From positions 1-29,094 of the IMG/VR virus record IMGVR_UViG_2778261543_000004: a DNA stretch of 29,094 nt. The stretch is one strand, 5' to 3'. The stretch comes from a virus (Duplodnaviria > Heunggongvirae > Uroviricota > Caudoviricetes). Positions 8,416-18,838 of this stretch are shown here, one piece after another. Each line of letters starts with the position of its first letter. Position 1 is the first letter of the stretch. The notes below the pieces were generated by a model that did no database searches, was not told where the DNA came from, and saw only the letters and a program-made list of their open reading frames with translations. A program made the translations under genes and the position numbers.

Positions 8416-8556
8416 TTATGACAAGCCTATGTACCCTGCTACACCAGATAATATCAAAATAACTGCAACAGCAAATTCACCATCACCAATGATACATTTA
8501 CGGTTCATAACGCCAAGTGCAATAAGCGCAAACACAACAAGAATAAAAGCAATCAT
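8416..8556 (-). CDS. Small two-helix membrane peptide (46 aa)
   Basis: ATG at 8556 with AAGGA RBS; translation MIAFILVVFALIALGVMNRKCIIGDGEFAVAVILILSGVAGYIGLS verified by hand; followed by palindrome and terminator. Below the 60-aa ORF-track cutoff. Confidence 0.45.
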   Translation of the reverse strand: MIAFILVVFALIALGVMNRKCIIGDGEFAVAVILILSGVAGYIGLS

Positions 8557-8628
8557 TTCTCATCCTTATTGCGGAGTGACATCCTGCGGTCGCCACCAGT
8601 ATGTCTGGTTAAACTCTTTCTTCGAACG

Positions 8629-11040
8629 TTACTCCATTTTACGCAAATAACCTGGTGAAAAATACTCCTGCATCTGGTTAAATATCATATGATCGAGAGC
8701 CGCCTTCAAGTACCAGAGATTCGCACCTGGCATCAGCCCCTTCCCCAGCTTAACCATATCACCACCAGTCTGCTCATTCTTCCCTTCCACAGCATTTAAC
8801 GGTATGCCCTGAGCTATCTTAACGATATCATCAACAAGGCCTGCCACCGGACCAAGCATCGACGCCAGCGCGCCGCTTCCGTACCTAGTGTGATCTGACA
8901 ATAAAAAGTCACCGTAAAGGCCAAGACCACCACCTTTCAGTAGAGCACCAAGCCAAAATTTAGCAGCATCTTCTCCTGTCATCTCGCGAGGATTACGACC
9001 AGACGCAAGGTCGTTAAGTTGCTGCGACAAAGCGCCAAGAATGGTCGTACTGGCAATAAACGTCGCAATATATGCCGCACGCCCACCAGCAGACGGCATA
9101 CCCATAGCGCGTGACCAGTGACGCATAACCACCGAGATAGGGAACGATTTAAACAGGAAAACACTTCTCGTTAATTCACCCTTCCATGTTCCACGCTGAA
9201 TACCAGAACCGGTTATCAATTGCTCACGCGCGCCAGGTGTAATAACAGCCATATCAACTTCTTCAGTTACGGCACCGAGCAGTTTACGCATTGCCTCAAA
9301 TTTCACACGTTCAGGCTCACCAAGATGTTTAACTGCTGAATCAGGGATACGCATAATGCTTTCCGGTGTCAGCATCGTATTATTGCCGTTCCCCCAGTCC
9401 TCCTGTTGTGCCAGCTTCCATACGCTCCAGTCTGTTTCAGTAATCCCTTTGCTTTTCAGGATACGAAAATCAGAGTCATCGAGGCTACGAAGGTCTGGTG
9501 TCCGTGACACTACTTCTCCCAGGCTTCCCATCATTGTTACGCCATAGGCGCGCTTGTGCGCATCTGACCATGCTGTAAGTCCACTGGCACGCATTACCGC
9601 CGTTGCCGCCCAACGAGACACAGACGGCCCCATATTATCCATCGCCCAGCGGTTAACGCTGCCAAGTAGAGATTCCATCGCCAGACCAGCGCGGCGCGCC
9701 CGCGCAAGCTCAGTACGATTCGTTGGGTCCATAGCTTCAAGCTGGTTGCGAAATAACTGGTTCATTGGAAGGTTGGTAACCTTCGCAGACAGATACATGG
9801 TTCCAAGATCAGAGAACGATGACAGCAACGCGGATCCGAGTCTGCTGGCAACCAGCCAGTTGCGGATATTGTCAGACCATCGCGCGATGTGCGGATTCGC
9901 TACAGGCTGTGTCTTTCCGGAAATAAAGTTGTACAGATTCTCTGTGTTGTTCGCCAGCCGCTCGACTTTACCGGTTTTACTCGGGTTAGCTGTTGCCGTT
10001 TCTGCCTTAACCTGATCAAGAAGGGAGCGGAAAACATGATCGGGGTTTGGACCATATGTTTCCACCAGAGCAATATCTTTACTGATACCTTCCAGGTGAC
10101 CGACCATGATTTCCCATAGAGAGCGATCGCCATAAAGTTGTTGATATTGGAGATAGGAATCTGCATCTTTGAAATGTATCTGTCGTGATGCATTACCACG
10201 GTTAGCACGTGCGCCGGAAATTCGCATTCCTGTATCAGTAAGCTTATTCAGCCCACCAGTAGCGATCGTGTTATAAGCCTCTCCAAGAAATGCAGACAAC
10301 TCGGCATCGTTCATCAGTTGTCCATCGGCTCGGGTATAATATTTGCGATCCAGCTTACCTATAACATCGCTAACCCACTTATCCTTTGATACCGCCCCAA
10401 CCTTTTCCATAGAATGATGTTGAGGGATCCCCCAGTTTTCGAGATAGCCAATGTCCCCACCAGCATCATTAAACCGGCGGCGCAGCAGCTCTGTAACTTC
10501 TCTCCACGCCTTAGCACCTTTTCTTGCTTTAGCATTGCCAGTATTTTGCCCCCGCATTTCATATACCAGGTCACGTACGCCCGCTTCATCTTCAAACAGA
10601 CCAAAAAAGCGAGGATCAACTGCTTCGAATGCCTCCTGCAATTGACTCAATGCATAATCACGGGTAGCTTTTGTTCTGGATTCAACAGAGAGGAAATTAG
10701 ATTTACCGTCTGCATTAAAAGCTATAGTACGGTTAAGAGCGCCAAGTTTCCCATCAGCCCCTTGATAGCTATTGATAAATTTATCCAATCTCTGACGCGC
10801 GGCTATAGTGAGAGCCACACGACGTTTCTTTAATGTCGCTTCTCGCTGTAATTCTTCAGATGCCAATTGTGCTGCTCGATATAGCCGCTCTGATTCGGAA
10901 AGTTGTCGCCACGACATCGGGTCATCACGAGCAATGGAGCGCATATTTCGATAAATGCGGTCTTCAATGTTCTGTATTTCTCGCGCCGTTAACGTGCGCT
11001 GCGCCGCCTGCTGGACCGCTTGTATACATTCCTGTCTCAT
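8629..11040 (-). CDS. Internal virion / ejection protein (T7 gp16-like position)
   Basis: 803 aa; GAGAGG RBS; last large gene of the internal-protein block before the tailspike. Confidence 0.6.
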   Translation of the reverse strand: MRQECIQAVQQAAQRTLTAREIQNIEDRIYRNMRSIARDDPMSWRQLSESERLYRAAQLASEELQREATLKKRRVALTIAARQRLDKFINSYQGADGKLGALNRTIAFNADGKSNFLSVESRTKATRDYALSQLQEAFEAVDPRFFGLFEDEAGVRDLVYEMRGQNTGNAKARKGAKAWREVTELLRRRFNDAGGDIGYLENWGIPQHHSMEKVGAVSKDKWVSDVIGKLDRKYYTRADGQLMNDAELSAFLGEAYNTIATGGLNKLTDTGMRISGARANRGNASRQIHFKDADSYLQYQQLYGDRSLWEIMVGHLEGISKDIALVETYGPNPDHVFRSLLDQVKAETATANPSKTGKVERLANNTENLYNFISGKTQPVANPHIARWSDNIRNWLVASRLGSALLSSFSDLGTMYLSAKVTNLPMNQLFRNQLEAMDPTNRTELARARRAGLAMESLLGSVNRWAMDNMGPSVSRWAATAVMRASGLTAWSDAHKRAYGVTMMGSLGEVVSRTPDLRSLDDSDFRILKSKGITETDWSVWKLAQQEDWGNGNNTMLTPESIMRIPDSAVKHLGEPERVKFEAMRKLLGAVTEEVDMAVITPGAREQLITGSGIQRGTWKGELTRSVFLFKSFPISVVMRHWSRAMGMPSAGGRAAYIATFIASTTILGALSQQLNDLASGRNPREMTGEDAAKFWLGALLKGGGLGLYGDFLLSDHTRYGSGALASMLGPVAGLVDDIVKIAQGIPLNAVEGKNEQTGGDMVKLGKGLMPGANLWYLKAALDHMIFNQMQEYFSPGYLRKME

Positions 11041-11045
11041 TTAAT

Positions 11046-12848
11046 TTAACCTCTCAAGAAACACGCCACAGCGACATCAAACAGGCTGGAATCCTGTATT
11101 GCCTGCTCACTTTCCCTGTTCGCTTCGTCCAGTACTTCACGCGCACTGCGCGATTGTGGATTACCATCATCATCCAGCACGGTGATTATCATGTCAGGTG
11201 ATTCAAGCAGCGAGTCTTCAGCTATGCGCAGATCAATATCTCCTGCCTGATCTGACATCATTTTTTGTTCTGCCTGTTGCAATATTTTATCAGGCTCAAA
11301 AGGAGCTACTTCGTCTGGCGTCCTGACCTCTGCTGTTTTATAGAATGAAACAGCCTGAGCATTAAGTTCACTTTCTGCCTGCTGTCTCCGAGCCAGTTCT
11401 GCTCGAGCTTCAAAAAACTGACCGCCAGGCTCGTGCGGTGCCAACGCGTTACGGGAAAATTCCAGGCGTTCTTGTGCCTGCCGGATTCGTTGATCAATAT
11501 CGCGAAGTCTGGCCTGTTTATCTGATCGAGCACGAGACAAAGCTTTACCGCTACCGGTTGGCTCTTCTGCAAGAATTTGTGCGCGCTGTTCAGTGAGATT
11601 TTCAATAATTCGTTGGCTATTAGCGATTTCAGACTGGTAAACCTGTCTATCGCCACGCGACAAAAGCTGCGCGGCCTGTTCTTCAAGCAACCGATTTTCT
11701 ATAGCGCGCGCCGTTACTCCATTATCTACAGATGACAGAGCCTCATTAACTGCCTGAGACAGCAGACTCTTGCGCCCAGGAATTTCACTGAAAGATGCAG
11801 ACTCAACAATGCTGGCAACGTCTACAGGTCTCCCCTGGCTAACATCAGACATGGCTTTTCGCAGAGCCTGAATGTGCGAATTACGCGAAAGCACGTTGAT
11901 CGGAACGCCGGGAGCAATATCAATTTCAGCATGATGAGCGGCATTCGCCGCCAGTGCAGCATCAATATCAACTGGTGAAAAATTTGGTGCGCTTGTAGAC
12001 TCGCCGCGAGAGTTAATAAATCTGCCGACACCACCAAACGCCACCCCAAGAACAGCATCAATAGCAATTGCCTGTCGATCCAACACATCATACTGGTTAG
12101 CCATTTCGCTATAGCCACCATCACGAAGTGTTTTTGCAGTAAGCCCACGCTGTGCCATACCGAACGCAATATTTGTACCTGCGGCATAGGCAATATCTGG
12201 CGTTGCACGTACTGCTGTTGCTGCGGCGCGTCGCACTGAACTCTCACCCGTCCGCGCAAGCTGAGCCGCCACACCTTCCGCCAGCGCACCACCAGCACGT
12301 AACCCGAGGCTCATAGGGATCAGCGTTCCGGCACCAGCAGTAATGCCCTGCACTAATCCCGCTTCCTGCGCCGTCCTGAAATCAACACCCTGTGCTGTCA
12401 GCCGTTCAAACTCAGAAAAACCCTGTAGCGAAGTTACCGCCGCTGCACCTCCGACAGGACCACCGAGCGTTGTACCGACAACAGCCTGCCCGCCCATATC
12501 GAACAACCCATAAAGAACCTGCCCAGCGGTTCCAGTTGTCGCGGCATCAGGCGTCAGCCGCTTAACCTGCTGCTCTGCTAGTTTTCTCTGCTCGGCAATG
12601 TATGAAACTGAAGTATCATTGAGCGAGGTGTTTTCGTTAACAAACTGAGCAATCGGGGATACGATTTTATCCATCCCTGCCCATAGCAACTGATCTGGCT
12701 TTGCCACCAGCCCGGAGTACAAACCAGACAATGCCGCTCCTACAGCATTGTCGAAAAAACCAACATCGCTGTTAAAGCCCGCTGGATTTGATGCTGCTTC
12801 GTCAAGTTGCTGATTCTGGTTTACTGGATTAAGGCCGAAGTAACTCAT
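11046..12848 (-). CDS. Internal virion protein (Gly/Ala-rich)
   Basis: 600 aa, Gly/Ala-rich N-terminal half and coiled-coil C-terminal half; start overlaps the upstream stop (ATGA). Confidence 0.6.
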   Translation of the reverse strand: MSYFGLNPVNQNQQLDEAASNPAGFNSDVGFFDNAVGAALSGLYSGLVAKPDQLLWAGMDKIVSPIAQFVNENTSLNDTSVSYIAEQRKLAEQQVKRLTPDAATTGTAGQVLYGLFDMGGQAVVGTTLGGPVGGAAAVTSLQGFSEFERLTAQGVDFRTAQEAGLVQGITAGAGTLIPMSLGLRAGGALAEGVAAQLARTGESSVRRAAATAVRATPDIAYAAGTNIAFGMAQRGLTAKTLRDGGYSEMANQYDVLDRQAIAIDAVLGVAFGGVGRFINSRGESTSAPNFSPVDIDAALAANAAHHAEIDIAPGVPINVLSRNSHIQALRKAMSDVSQGRPVDVASIVESASFSEIPGRKSLLSQAVNEALSSVDNGVTARAIENRLLEEQAAQLLSRGDRQVYQSEIANSQRIIENLTEQRAQILAEEPTGSGKALSRARSDKQARLRDIDQRIRQAQERLEFSRNALAPHEPGGQFFEARAELARRQQAESELNAQAVSFYKTAEVRTPDEVAPFEPDKILQQAEQKMMSDQAGDIDLRIAEDSLLESPDMIITVLDDDGNPQSRSAREVLDEANRESEQAIQDSSLFDVAVACFLRG

Positions 12849-15358
12849 TGCGGAATATCTCCGGAGAATCTCTGACGCTTCTGTGTCAGATCAAGAACAA
12901 CAGGAGAACCATCATCTTTCAGCAGATAACCAGTACCAAGTTTCACCAGGTACTGACTATCGCCGTAACTTTGCAAACCATACTGACCAGGCGGTGTTTT
13001 TATCCCGGTGCCGACAACTTGTTCATTCCAAGCCTGATTAACCTGCTTATCGAATTGCTCTGCAGACATTCCCCACGGCAAAAGGACATTCCCCATTCCG
13101 TTATAGTCATGCACGCCACCTGTAGCTACGTTAACAGCCTGTTTCCAGATATCAGTGTCAATTTCGCCTGATATCACGCCTTTTTTCGCCATCACACCAG
13201 CGTAATAGTCCTTTGCGATCTCGTATGCCATTGATGCCCCCTGAGCATCACCAGCAAATGCATCCTTCACCATGTCAGAAAACTCAAGGCGAAGATCAGC
13301 ATCTTTAGGCATCGGAATACCTTTCGCATCATCAGTACCTTTACGAGCCGCCGCGCCAGCAAGAATTGTCTGCGCAGCGGTTTCAGGAGACACGGAAACA
13401 TCAGGATTAAACCAGTTTTTTTCTGCCAAAATACCACCAGGCTTGTCCATCAGTATCCCGGCAATGGCAGCAGATGGAGCGTTGGCACTGATCTGCTGTA
13501 GTGCTGACATATACACCTGCCCACCACCAGTGCTCTGCCTGATGGTATCGAGATATGCTGCCTGTTGGGAAACTGGAGCATCACGAAAGAAAACACCGAT
13601 CTGATTGGCCTCGTCTTTGGAAAAGAACGTCAGTGGAGTGCCATATGACTTAGCAAGGTCACTTACCTGAGCGGCACGCAAGGCAACGCTCTGTCCAAAG
13701 TTATCCTTATTGCTCATGTCGATAGGCTTTGTCTGTCCGGAGGCAAGAGAGAACTGCACAGGATCCGACTGCCGCTGCTTTATCACCTGATTTGCAGCCG
13801 AAACAACGTTGTCATAAAGAGCTGCGCGTGCCGCATACCCCTCCCCTGTTTCACCAGTATCCGGGCGTAATTGCTCAACATATGCTGTAATGCTGCTTGT
13901 CGGCATGTTGCGGAAAGAGCCTATATACTGTCCGGCGATTTGCGTATTTCTGAACTCGGTATATCGCAGGTTTCCTTCTCTTACTCCATAAGCTGCAATA
14001 AAATCAGCCTCACCAGGTGGGTTAGGAAATTCAACGCCACGCATATACGCAGCTGTCGCATCGCGAACCTGGCTGTCAATCATCGTTTTATATTCAGCCT
14101 GCTGCTGCCGACGCAGTTGATCCGCCTGTCGCATAAAACTTGCCTGCGCCTCAGGAGATGCCGCATCGAATGCTGCATTACCGGTATAGCGTTTGGTGTT
14201 GGTTGGAATTGTTGATAAACCAAGTGCTGCACTGACACCAGCAGTTAACTGCTGATCACTGTATGGCTGGCTACCGTTCTCATGATGGATAATGGCTGCA
14301 CAAAGCGCCTTCAGGGTATCAGGATTAGATGCATCGAGAGGCTCATCAGCAGAAACGCCAAGTTGTTCGCACACTGCTTTGATATACGACATAGTGTCAT
14401 TTTTATCAGTAGGCGGTGCCCAGCGATTAATTATCTCGCTGACGGTATCAATACCCTGCCTCTGATACGACATCAGGTTCCGCCCTAATGCACGAATCCC
14501 GTGTTCAGGTGTTTCGAATTTAGCAAATCGACCATCATCACCGGTCTGGCCTACCCACGGATTATTTTTGCTGTATTCGAGATTTCCTGGGTTATTGTTG
14601 CGTATGCCGCGGGCACGCTCGGAAGAGTCACTATCTGCTACAGCACGGCGAGCTCCAGCAGCAGTATCACTTAACTCGCCATTACTTTGGATGAATGCGG
14701 TCGCATTGTTTGCCGACCACTGGGACAATGCAGCATCAGCAACCTTCTCTTTAAACTCGATTTTCTTGGCCTGGATTTGCTCGTTGCTCCAGCCATGTGC
14801 AATGCCGTAATCCTCAATTTGCTGGAAAGTTTGCTTGTTAGCCAATACGTATGCGGCGTTGTCGCCATACAATGCTGCGGCATTTTTACCATTGTTCAGC
14901 AGTGTCGCCTGAAACTGGCCTTCTTCGTAGGCATTAATTTGCCCTATCTCGTGTCGCCCGGCCTGCGTAGTGAACTGAATGCGCTGCTGCTGCGCCTGCC
15001 GCATGAAAGCATTACGAGCCTGTTCATCCGGCAGCGACATAGCCAGTTGTTCGACCTGAGCATCAAACTGCTGCGTATACTCCTGACCTTTTCCAATAGC
15101 ATTTTTCCCTTTCAGGTTAAGCAAACCTGTTTCAGGGTTATTCAGCAGATCGCTGCTTATCTGACTGAGGTTAAGAGATGCCTCCTGAGCCAGAGCGATA
15201 TTGGCACGCTGTTTTGCCTGACCAAAAACATCAATTGCTTCTGTCCCTGCCCGAACAAAAGCATCACCAATACCTGGCTGAGAAAACGTCTGCAAGCCTG
15301 CTGACTGAACTCCACGGCTCTCAACCTGACGTCCGGATACTGTTGGTACGACTGGCAT
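12845..15358 (-). CDS. Internal virion protein with putative peptidoglycan-hydrolase-like domain
   Basis: Likely start at ATG 15358 (MPVVPTV...) with GGAGGA RBS and TAATG overlap with the upstream gene; internal conserved-looking block RGIRNNNPGNLEYS...FETPEHGIRA; T7 gp15/16-like position. Confidence 0.6.
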   Translation of the reverse strand: MPVVPTVSGRQVESRGVQSAGLQTFSQPGIGDAFVRAGTEAIDVFGQAKQRANIALAQEASLNLSQISSDLLNNPETGLLNLKGKNAIGKGQEYTQQFDAQVEQLAMSLPDEQARNAFMRQAQQQRIQFTTQAGRHEIGQINAYEEGQFQATLLNNGKNAAALYGDNAAYVLANKQTFQQIEDYGIAHGWSNEQIQAKKIEFKEKVADAALSQWSANNATAFIQSNGELSDTAAGARRAVADSDSSERARGIRNNNPGNLEYSKNNPWVGQTGDDGRFAKFETPEHGIRALGRNLMSYQRQGIDTVSEIINRWAPPTDKNDTMSYIKAVCEQLGVSADEPLDASNPDTLKALCAAIIHHENGSQPYSDQQLTAGVSAALGLSTIPTNTKRYTGNAAFDAASPEAQASFMRQADQLRRQQQAEYKTMIDSQVRDATAAYMRGVEFPNPPGEADFIAAYGVREGNLRYTEFRNTQIAGQYIGSFRNMPTSSITAYVEQLRPDTGETGEGYAARAALYDNVVSAANQVIKQRQSDPVQFSLASGQTKPIDMSNKDNFGQSVALRAAQVSDLAKSYGTPLTFFSKDEANQIGVFFRDAPVSQQAAYLDTIRQSTGGGQVYMSALQQISANAPSAAIAGILMDKPGGILAEKNWFNPDVSVSPETAAQTILAGAAARKGTDDAKGIPMPKDADLRLEFSDMVKDAFAGDAQGASMAYEIAKDYYAGVMAKKGVISGEIDTDIWKQAVNVATGGVHDYNGMGNVLLPWGMSAEQFDKQVNQAWNEQVVGTGIKTPPGQYGLQSYGDSQYLVKLGTGYLLKDDGSPVVLDLTQKRQRFSGDIPQ

Positions 15359-15903
15359 TATAATCCTCCGGGTAATCTGGTTCCTGCTGCTGCCCCGATT
15401 GGCGCAGGGGTGCTTTGAGTAAACGGACTCCACGTCCCACCAAACATCTGGTACGCACCGTATGCCTTCAGAGGCGCAGTGAGCAATGTTGTTGCTGCTC
15501 CCACATTCCCCTGTTTACGGGCTGAACTGGCTTCTGCTTTATAGTTGGCAGCCTGAACCTGATAACCGTAAGCCTCGCGTTGCGCGTTATTCACCGTCGT
15601 CAGCGAATCAAGAGCGCCAAACTGGGCAGTGTCGCCAAATATATCCAGCGCGTTACCTGTAGATAAATCAGCGCCGGTAGCCCCCATTGTCGCCGCCTGT
15701 GTACCAAGCCGCTGTCGGGTCTCTCTGCGCCGTTGCTCAGCTTCAGCGTTACCTCTGTTTATTGCATCATTTGCCTGAGCTGTGGCTATATCTGCGTTCG
15801 CTTCTGCAACCTTCGAGGCATACTTTCCCTGTTGGTACTGGGTGTATGCCTGAATGCCACTCATGGCGAGCATTGCGCCACCAGCAATAACCGGATCGCA
15901 CAT
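15358..15903 (-). CDS. Internal virion protein (T7 gp14-like position)
   Basis: 181 aa, Ala/Gln-rich; overlapping start and stop with neighbours. Confidence 0.55.
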   Translation of the reverse strand: MCDPVIAGGAMLAMSGIQAYTQYQQGKYASKVAEANADIATAQANDAINRGNAEAEQRRRETRQRLGTQAATMGATGADLSTGNALDIFGDTAQFGALDSLTTVNNAQREAYGYQVQAANYKAEASSARKQGNVGAATTLLTAPLKAYGAYQMFGGTWSPFTQSTPAPIGAAAGTRLPGGL

Positions 15904-16367
15904 TATTTTCTCTCCATGTGAAATCTGTGGAAATTAAGACCAAGAGCACCATAAGGCGCGGCTTCCTCAAGCCTGAATCCAAGCCAGTGCAGCCATGCTT
16001 TGGCAACATGGTTTCGCTCGTCGACGTAGTTTTCCAGGCGCGGATAAACTGCCAACATCTGCTGCAATACAGGTCGGCAGTGGCGAAGAAATGTCTTCTG
16101 ATATTTTTCAATACGGCTGGTTCCGACCAGCCAGGGCGTACCATTGCCACCGATCATTGACGCCGGAGATACGCCAAACATGGTTACCAGTTCTCCGTTC
16201 GCGAACCCTGACCAGGCCATAGTCGCAGTGCGAAGACCAACACGCAGCGCATCTTCGGTAGTCATCAGCGATACCGCATACAGTTCGTCAATATCAGCCT
16301 GACGAACATCCGGCAAAATCATCTGAAGATGCTCTTCGGTTGCGGGAATAATTCGAACATCGATCAT
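15903..16367 (-). CDS. Internal virion protein (T7 gp13-like position)
   Basis: 154 aa, immediately after the tail tubular B-like gene with overlapping stop/start. Confidence 0.5.
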   Translation of the reverse strand: MIDVRIIPATEEHLQMILPDVRQADIDELYAVSLMTTEDALRVGLRTATMAWSGFANGELVTMFGVSPASMIGGNGTPWLVGTSRIEKYQKTFLRHCRPVLQQMLAVYPRLENYVDERNHVAKAWLHWLGFRLEEAAPYGALGLNFHRFHMERK

Positions 16368-18838
16368 CAGAATCCCCCAACAGTAAGGCGAGGAATAACG
16401 GCAAGAACAGACAGCGGCAACGGGTCAAGCTGACGGATTCTTACACGTCCGTTTTTGCCCCAGTTACTGTCCAGTTTTACTTCTACTTTTCCGGTAGCGT
16501 CATCAACAGGATCATCGTAGAACTCGAATTCACGCTGTGGATATTCGTACCATTTACCGCCGGGCGTAGTCGCCCAGATGCCGCGGCTGGCATTCACAAC
16601 CAGAGTAACGGATGGGATCACCTGTTTTTTGTCCAGCAGCGTTTCCTGTCCGTTAATGTTGATATCCAGTGTTTCGAATTCAGCAGTTATTGGCAGGCCG
16701 ATGTGCACTACAGCCCCCGGAGATTCCAGCGTGACGGCACCTCCGGAAACCACTTTCTGTGGTTCCACGTTCGCATCAGAGAGAATGTTTACGGTCTGGC
16801 CTTCAAGATGAGACAGGCCTCCAAATGTCCGGCGCGCCATCTGCCAGTTCGTGGTGGCCACATTCCTGAGGGATGGCGGGACGTTCCTGTTAGCACGAAC
16901 CACTACAGCGGTATTGCTGGTTACAGAAATAATGTCGCAACGTAATTCTTTTGACACTTCATCGCCAGTATCAGGATCAGTTCCGGTATAAGGGAACTGT
17001 AGTTGAGCACCGACATCACTACTGGTGAAGTACGCACCACCAGAAATACTGATTGTATATTCCGCGCGGTAATCCCATTCGCCAGAACCACCAGTGATGG
17101 TCATCGTTCTGTCAGACGTATTTCTTCCATCATAGCTAAGGCCAGAATCAACAAAGAAAGCATCTTCATCGCTGGTAAATAAACGGCTGGACAGCCGCTC
17201 GATGTATCTCACTGTTTGCCCGTTAACGGTTCGGTTAACGACGAAATACACCGCATCTTCATTGCCTTCGCTGATACTGCATGTGCTTTCATATTTTCCG
17301 GTACTGGATTGTGGTGCCCATGCAAAAACCTGCTGATCACGCAAATAGGTCATCACCAGTAATTTACCGTCATCACGAATGCAGAAGGCACTGGAGTAAG
17401 GGACAATCGAGAAGCACCAGTCAACAATGCTGTGCTTCTGAAAAAGATGATTGGCAAGGATAGTAAGGTCGTTCCCCTGATATCCGTCAACATCGAATGA
17501 GTAGGCCAGATCACGTACAACACTGCCTTTCTCCTGGACGAACAGAGCAATATTCGCCACGGCAATTGGTGGGACATTGCTCGAGCCATTTGATCCCTGA
17601 GAGCTGAATGCAAATGATGATGGGGTTAACACTTTGTTCTGGTCGCCGGTGATGACGTACTCACCTCCGGAAGTCAGTGCCACCAGCGAACCGACATCAA
17701 TCAGGTGGCGGATCTCATTAACCTGACGCCCGGCATAGGTGTAGATAATTCTGTCGTCATCCTGCGTAGGATTGCTTTTGCCAAAATCCTTATAATCCCC
17801 AGTACGGCTGGCCCAGATAGTCTGAGGGAACGCTGTCGATGCGGCGAAGTAAAGACGTTGTTGATAATAAACAACCGTGCCAGGATAACCGTTAACACTG
17901 TTCCAGGCATATTTAGCCCATTTATAGCTGGCATTATCCTCGCCAACGACCTGCGAAGGGATATAGGAAATCACCTCAGCAGTTGCAGTAGTGCCATTTA
18001 CAGCAGTTATACGGGCAATGCCAAAACCACTGTGCAGATACTCCCACTCAATGCCAGTATCATCATCACCGGATCCGCCCCAGCCATCCCATGATGTGCC
18101 TTCTGTATGCGAAGGGCGCAAAGTGCCTGTTTTGCCTGCTGTAACGGCGCGATAGTAGTTACTGTCTGCACGGCGAATATCGCCAATCGACGTACTCTTA
18201 CTGGTTTCCCATACCGGCACAGAATCCACTGCAGGCTGTTCCAGATAGAACAATTTGCCTACCTGCTCCGCGCCAAAAATAGAGGCGCTTGCCGTTAACG
18301 TAATTGTCCCGGTGCTGGCGCTGGCATAAACCGTCACTGACTCATCAATATTGATATCTTCAAATGGCCCGTTCTTCGTTACCACATCAACCAGTTGCCA
18401 GTTGTCATGCGCATAGCGGCGCAGCTCTTTCGGCGGGTATGCCGGGTGAACCAGCGTAAGCACGTCGGCGCTTTGCGTGAATTTAATTCGGAACAGATCG
18501 GCTTCAGTATATGGCGTGGCAATTTCATAAATAACATTGCTGCTGTTCAGCACCAACGCACCATCTTTGATAACGCGCATGTACTGGTGTCCGAACTCCA
18601 GAGCATAGGTCTGAACCGTTGAGAACTGGAACGGGATCAGGCGGCATTTCCGATTTGGGTATTTGGCGGCACCGACAAAACGCGTACCAGGTCGATTCTC
18701 AACGCCGCCATACTGCCGCACGATAAAGTTATCGCACTTGCGCAATGCCACCTGGTACTTCGCCATGTCGATACGACCGTACAACGACGGTCCAATCTCA
18801 CCACCGGCAAAGCTGGGCTGTGTCCAACTGATAGCCAT
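16367..18838 (-). CDS. Tail tubular protein B-like (nozzle)
   Basis: 823 aa; N-terminal pattern (SFAGGEIGPSLYGRID...GVENRPGTRF) resembles T7 gp12-type proteins; follows the tail tubular A-like gene. Confidence 0.65.
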   Translation of the reverse strand: MAISWTQPSFAGGEIGPSLYGRIDMAKYQVALRKCDNFIVRQYGGVENRPGTRFVGAAKYPNRKCRLIPFQFSTVQTYALEFGHQYMRVIKDGALVLNSSNVIYEIATPYTEADLFRIKFTQSADVLTLVHPAYPPKELRRYAHDNWQLVDVVTKNGPFEDINIDESVTVYASASTGTITLTASASIFGAEQVGKLFYLEQPAVDSVPVWETSKSTSIGDIRRADSNYYRAVTAGKTGTLRPSHTEGTSWDGWGGSGDDDTGIEWEYLHSGFGIARITAVNGTTATAEVISYIPSQVVGEDNASYKWAKYAWNSVNGYPGTVVYYQQRLYFAASTAFPQTIWASRTGDYKDFGKSNPTQDDDRIIYTYAGRQVNEIRHLIDVGSLVALTSGGEYVITGDQNKVLTPSSFAFSSQGSNGSSNVPPIAVANIALFVQEKGSVVRDLAYSFDVDGYQGNDLTILANHLFQKHSIVDWCFSIVPYSSAFCIRDDGKLLVMTYLRDQQVFAWAPQSSTGKYESTCSISEGNEDAVYFVVNRTVNGQTVRYIERLSSRLFTSDEDAFFVDSGLSYDGRNTSDRTMTITGGSGEWDYRAEYTISISGGAYFTSSDVGAQLQFPYTGTDPDTGDEVSKELRCDIISVTSNTAVVVRANRNVPPSLRNVATTNWQMARRTFGGLSHLEGQTVNILSDANVEPQKVVSGGAVTLESPGAVVHIGLPITAEFETLDININGQETLLDKKQVIPSVTLVVNASRGIWATTPGGKWYEYPQREFEFYDDPVDDATGKVEVKLDSNWGKNGRVRIRQLDPLPLSVLAVIPRLTVGGF

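Noticed and set aside
9356-10833. Multiple + strand ORFs of 60-150 aa (e.g. 9554-10015, 10414-10833) inside the 803-aa gene
   Set aside because: Entirely antisense to a long gene with coherent operon context; no RBS; typical shadow ORFs.
12848-15304. Plus-strand ORFs (12848-13171, 13272-13604, 13871-14215, 14687-15304) opposite the 837-aa gene
   Set aside because: Same reasoning: antisense to a strongly supported gene, low-complexity or Cys/Arg-rich translations.
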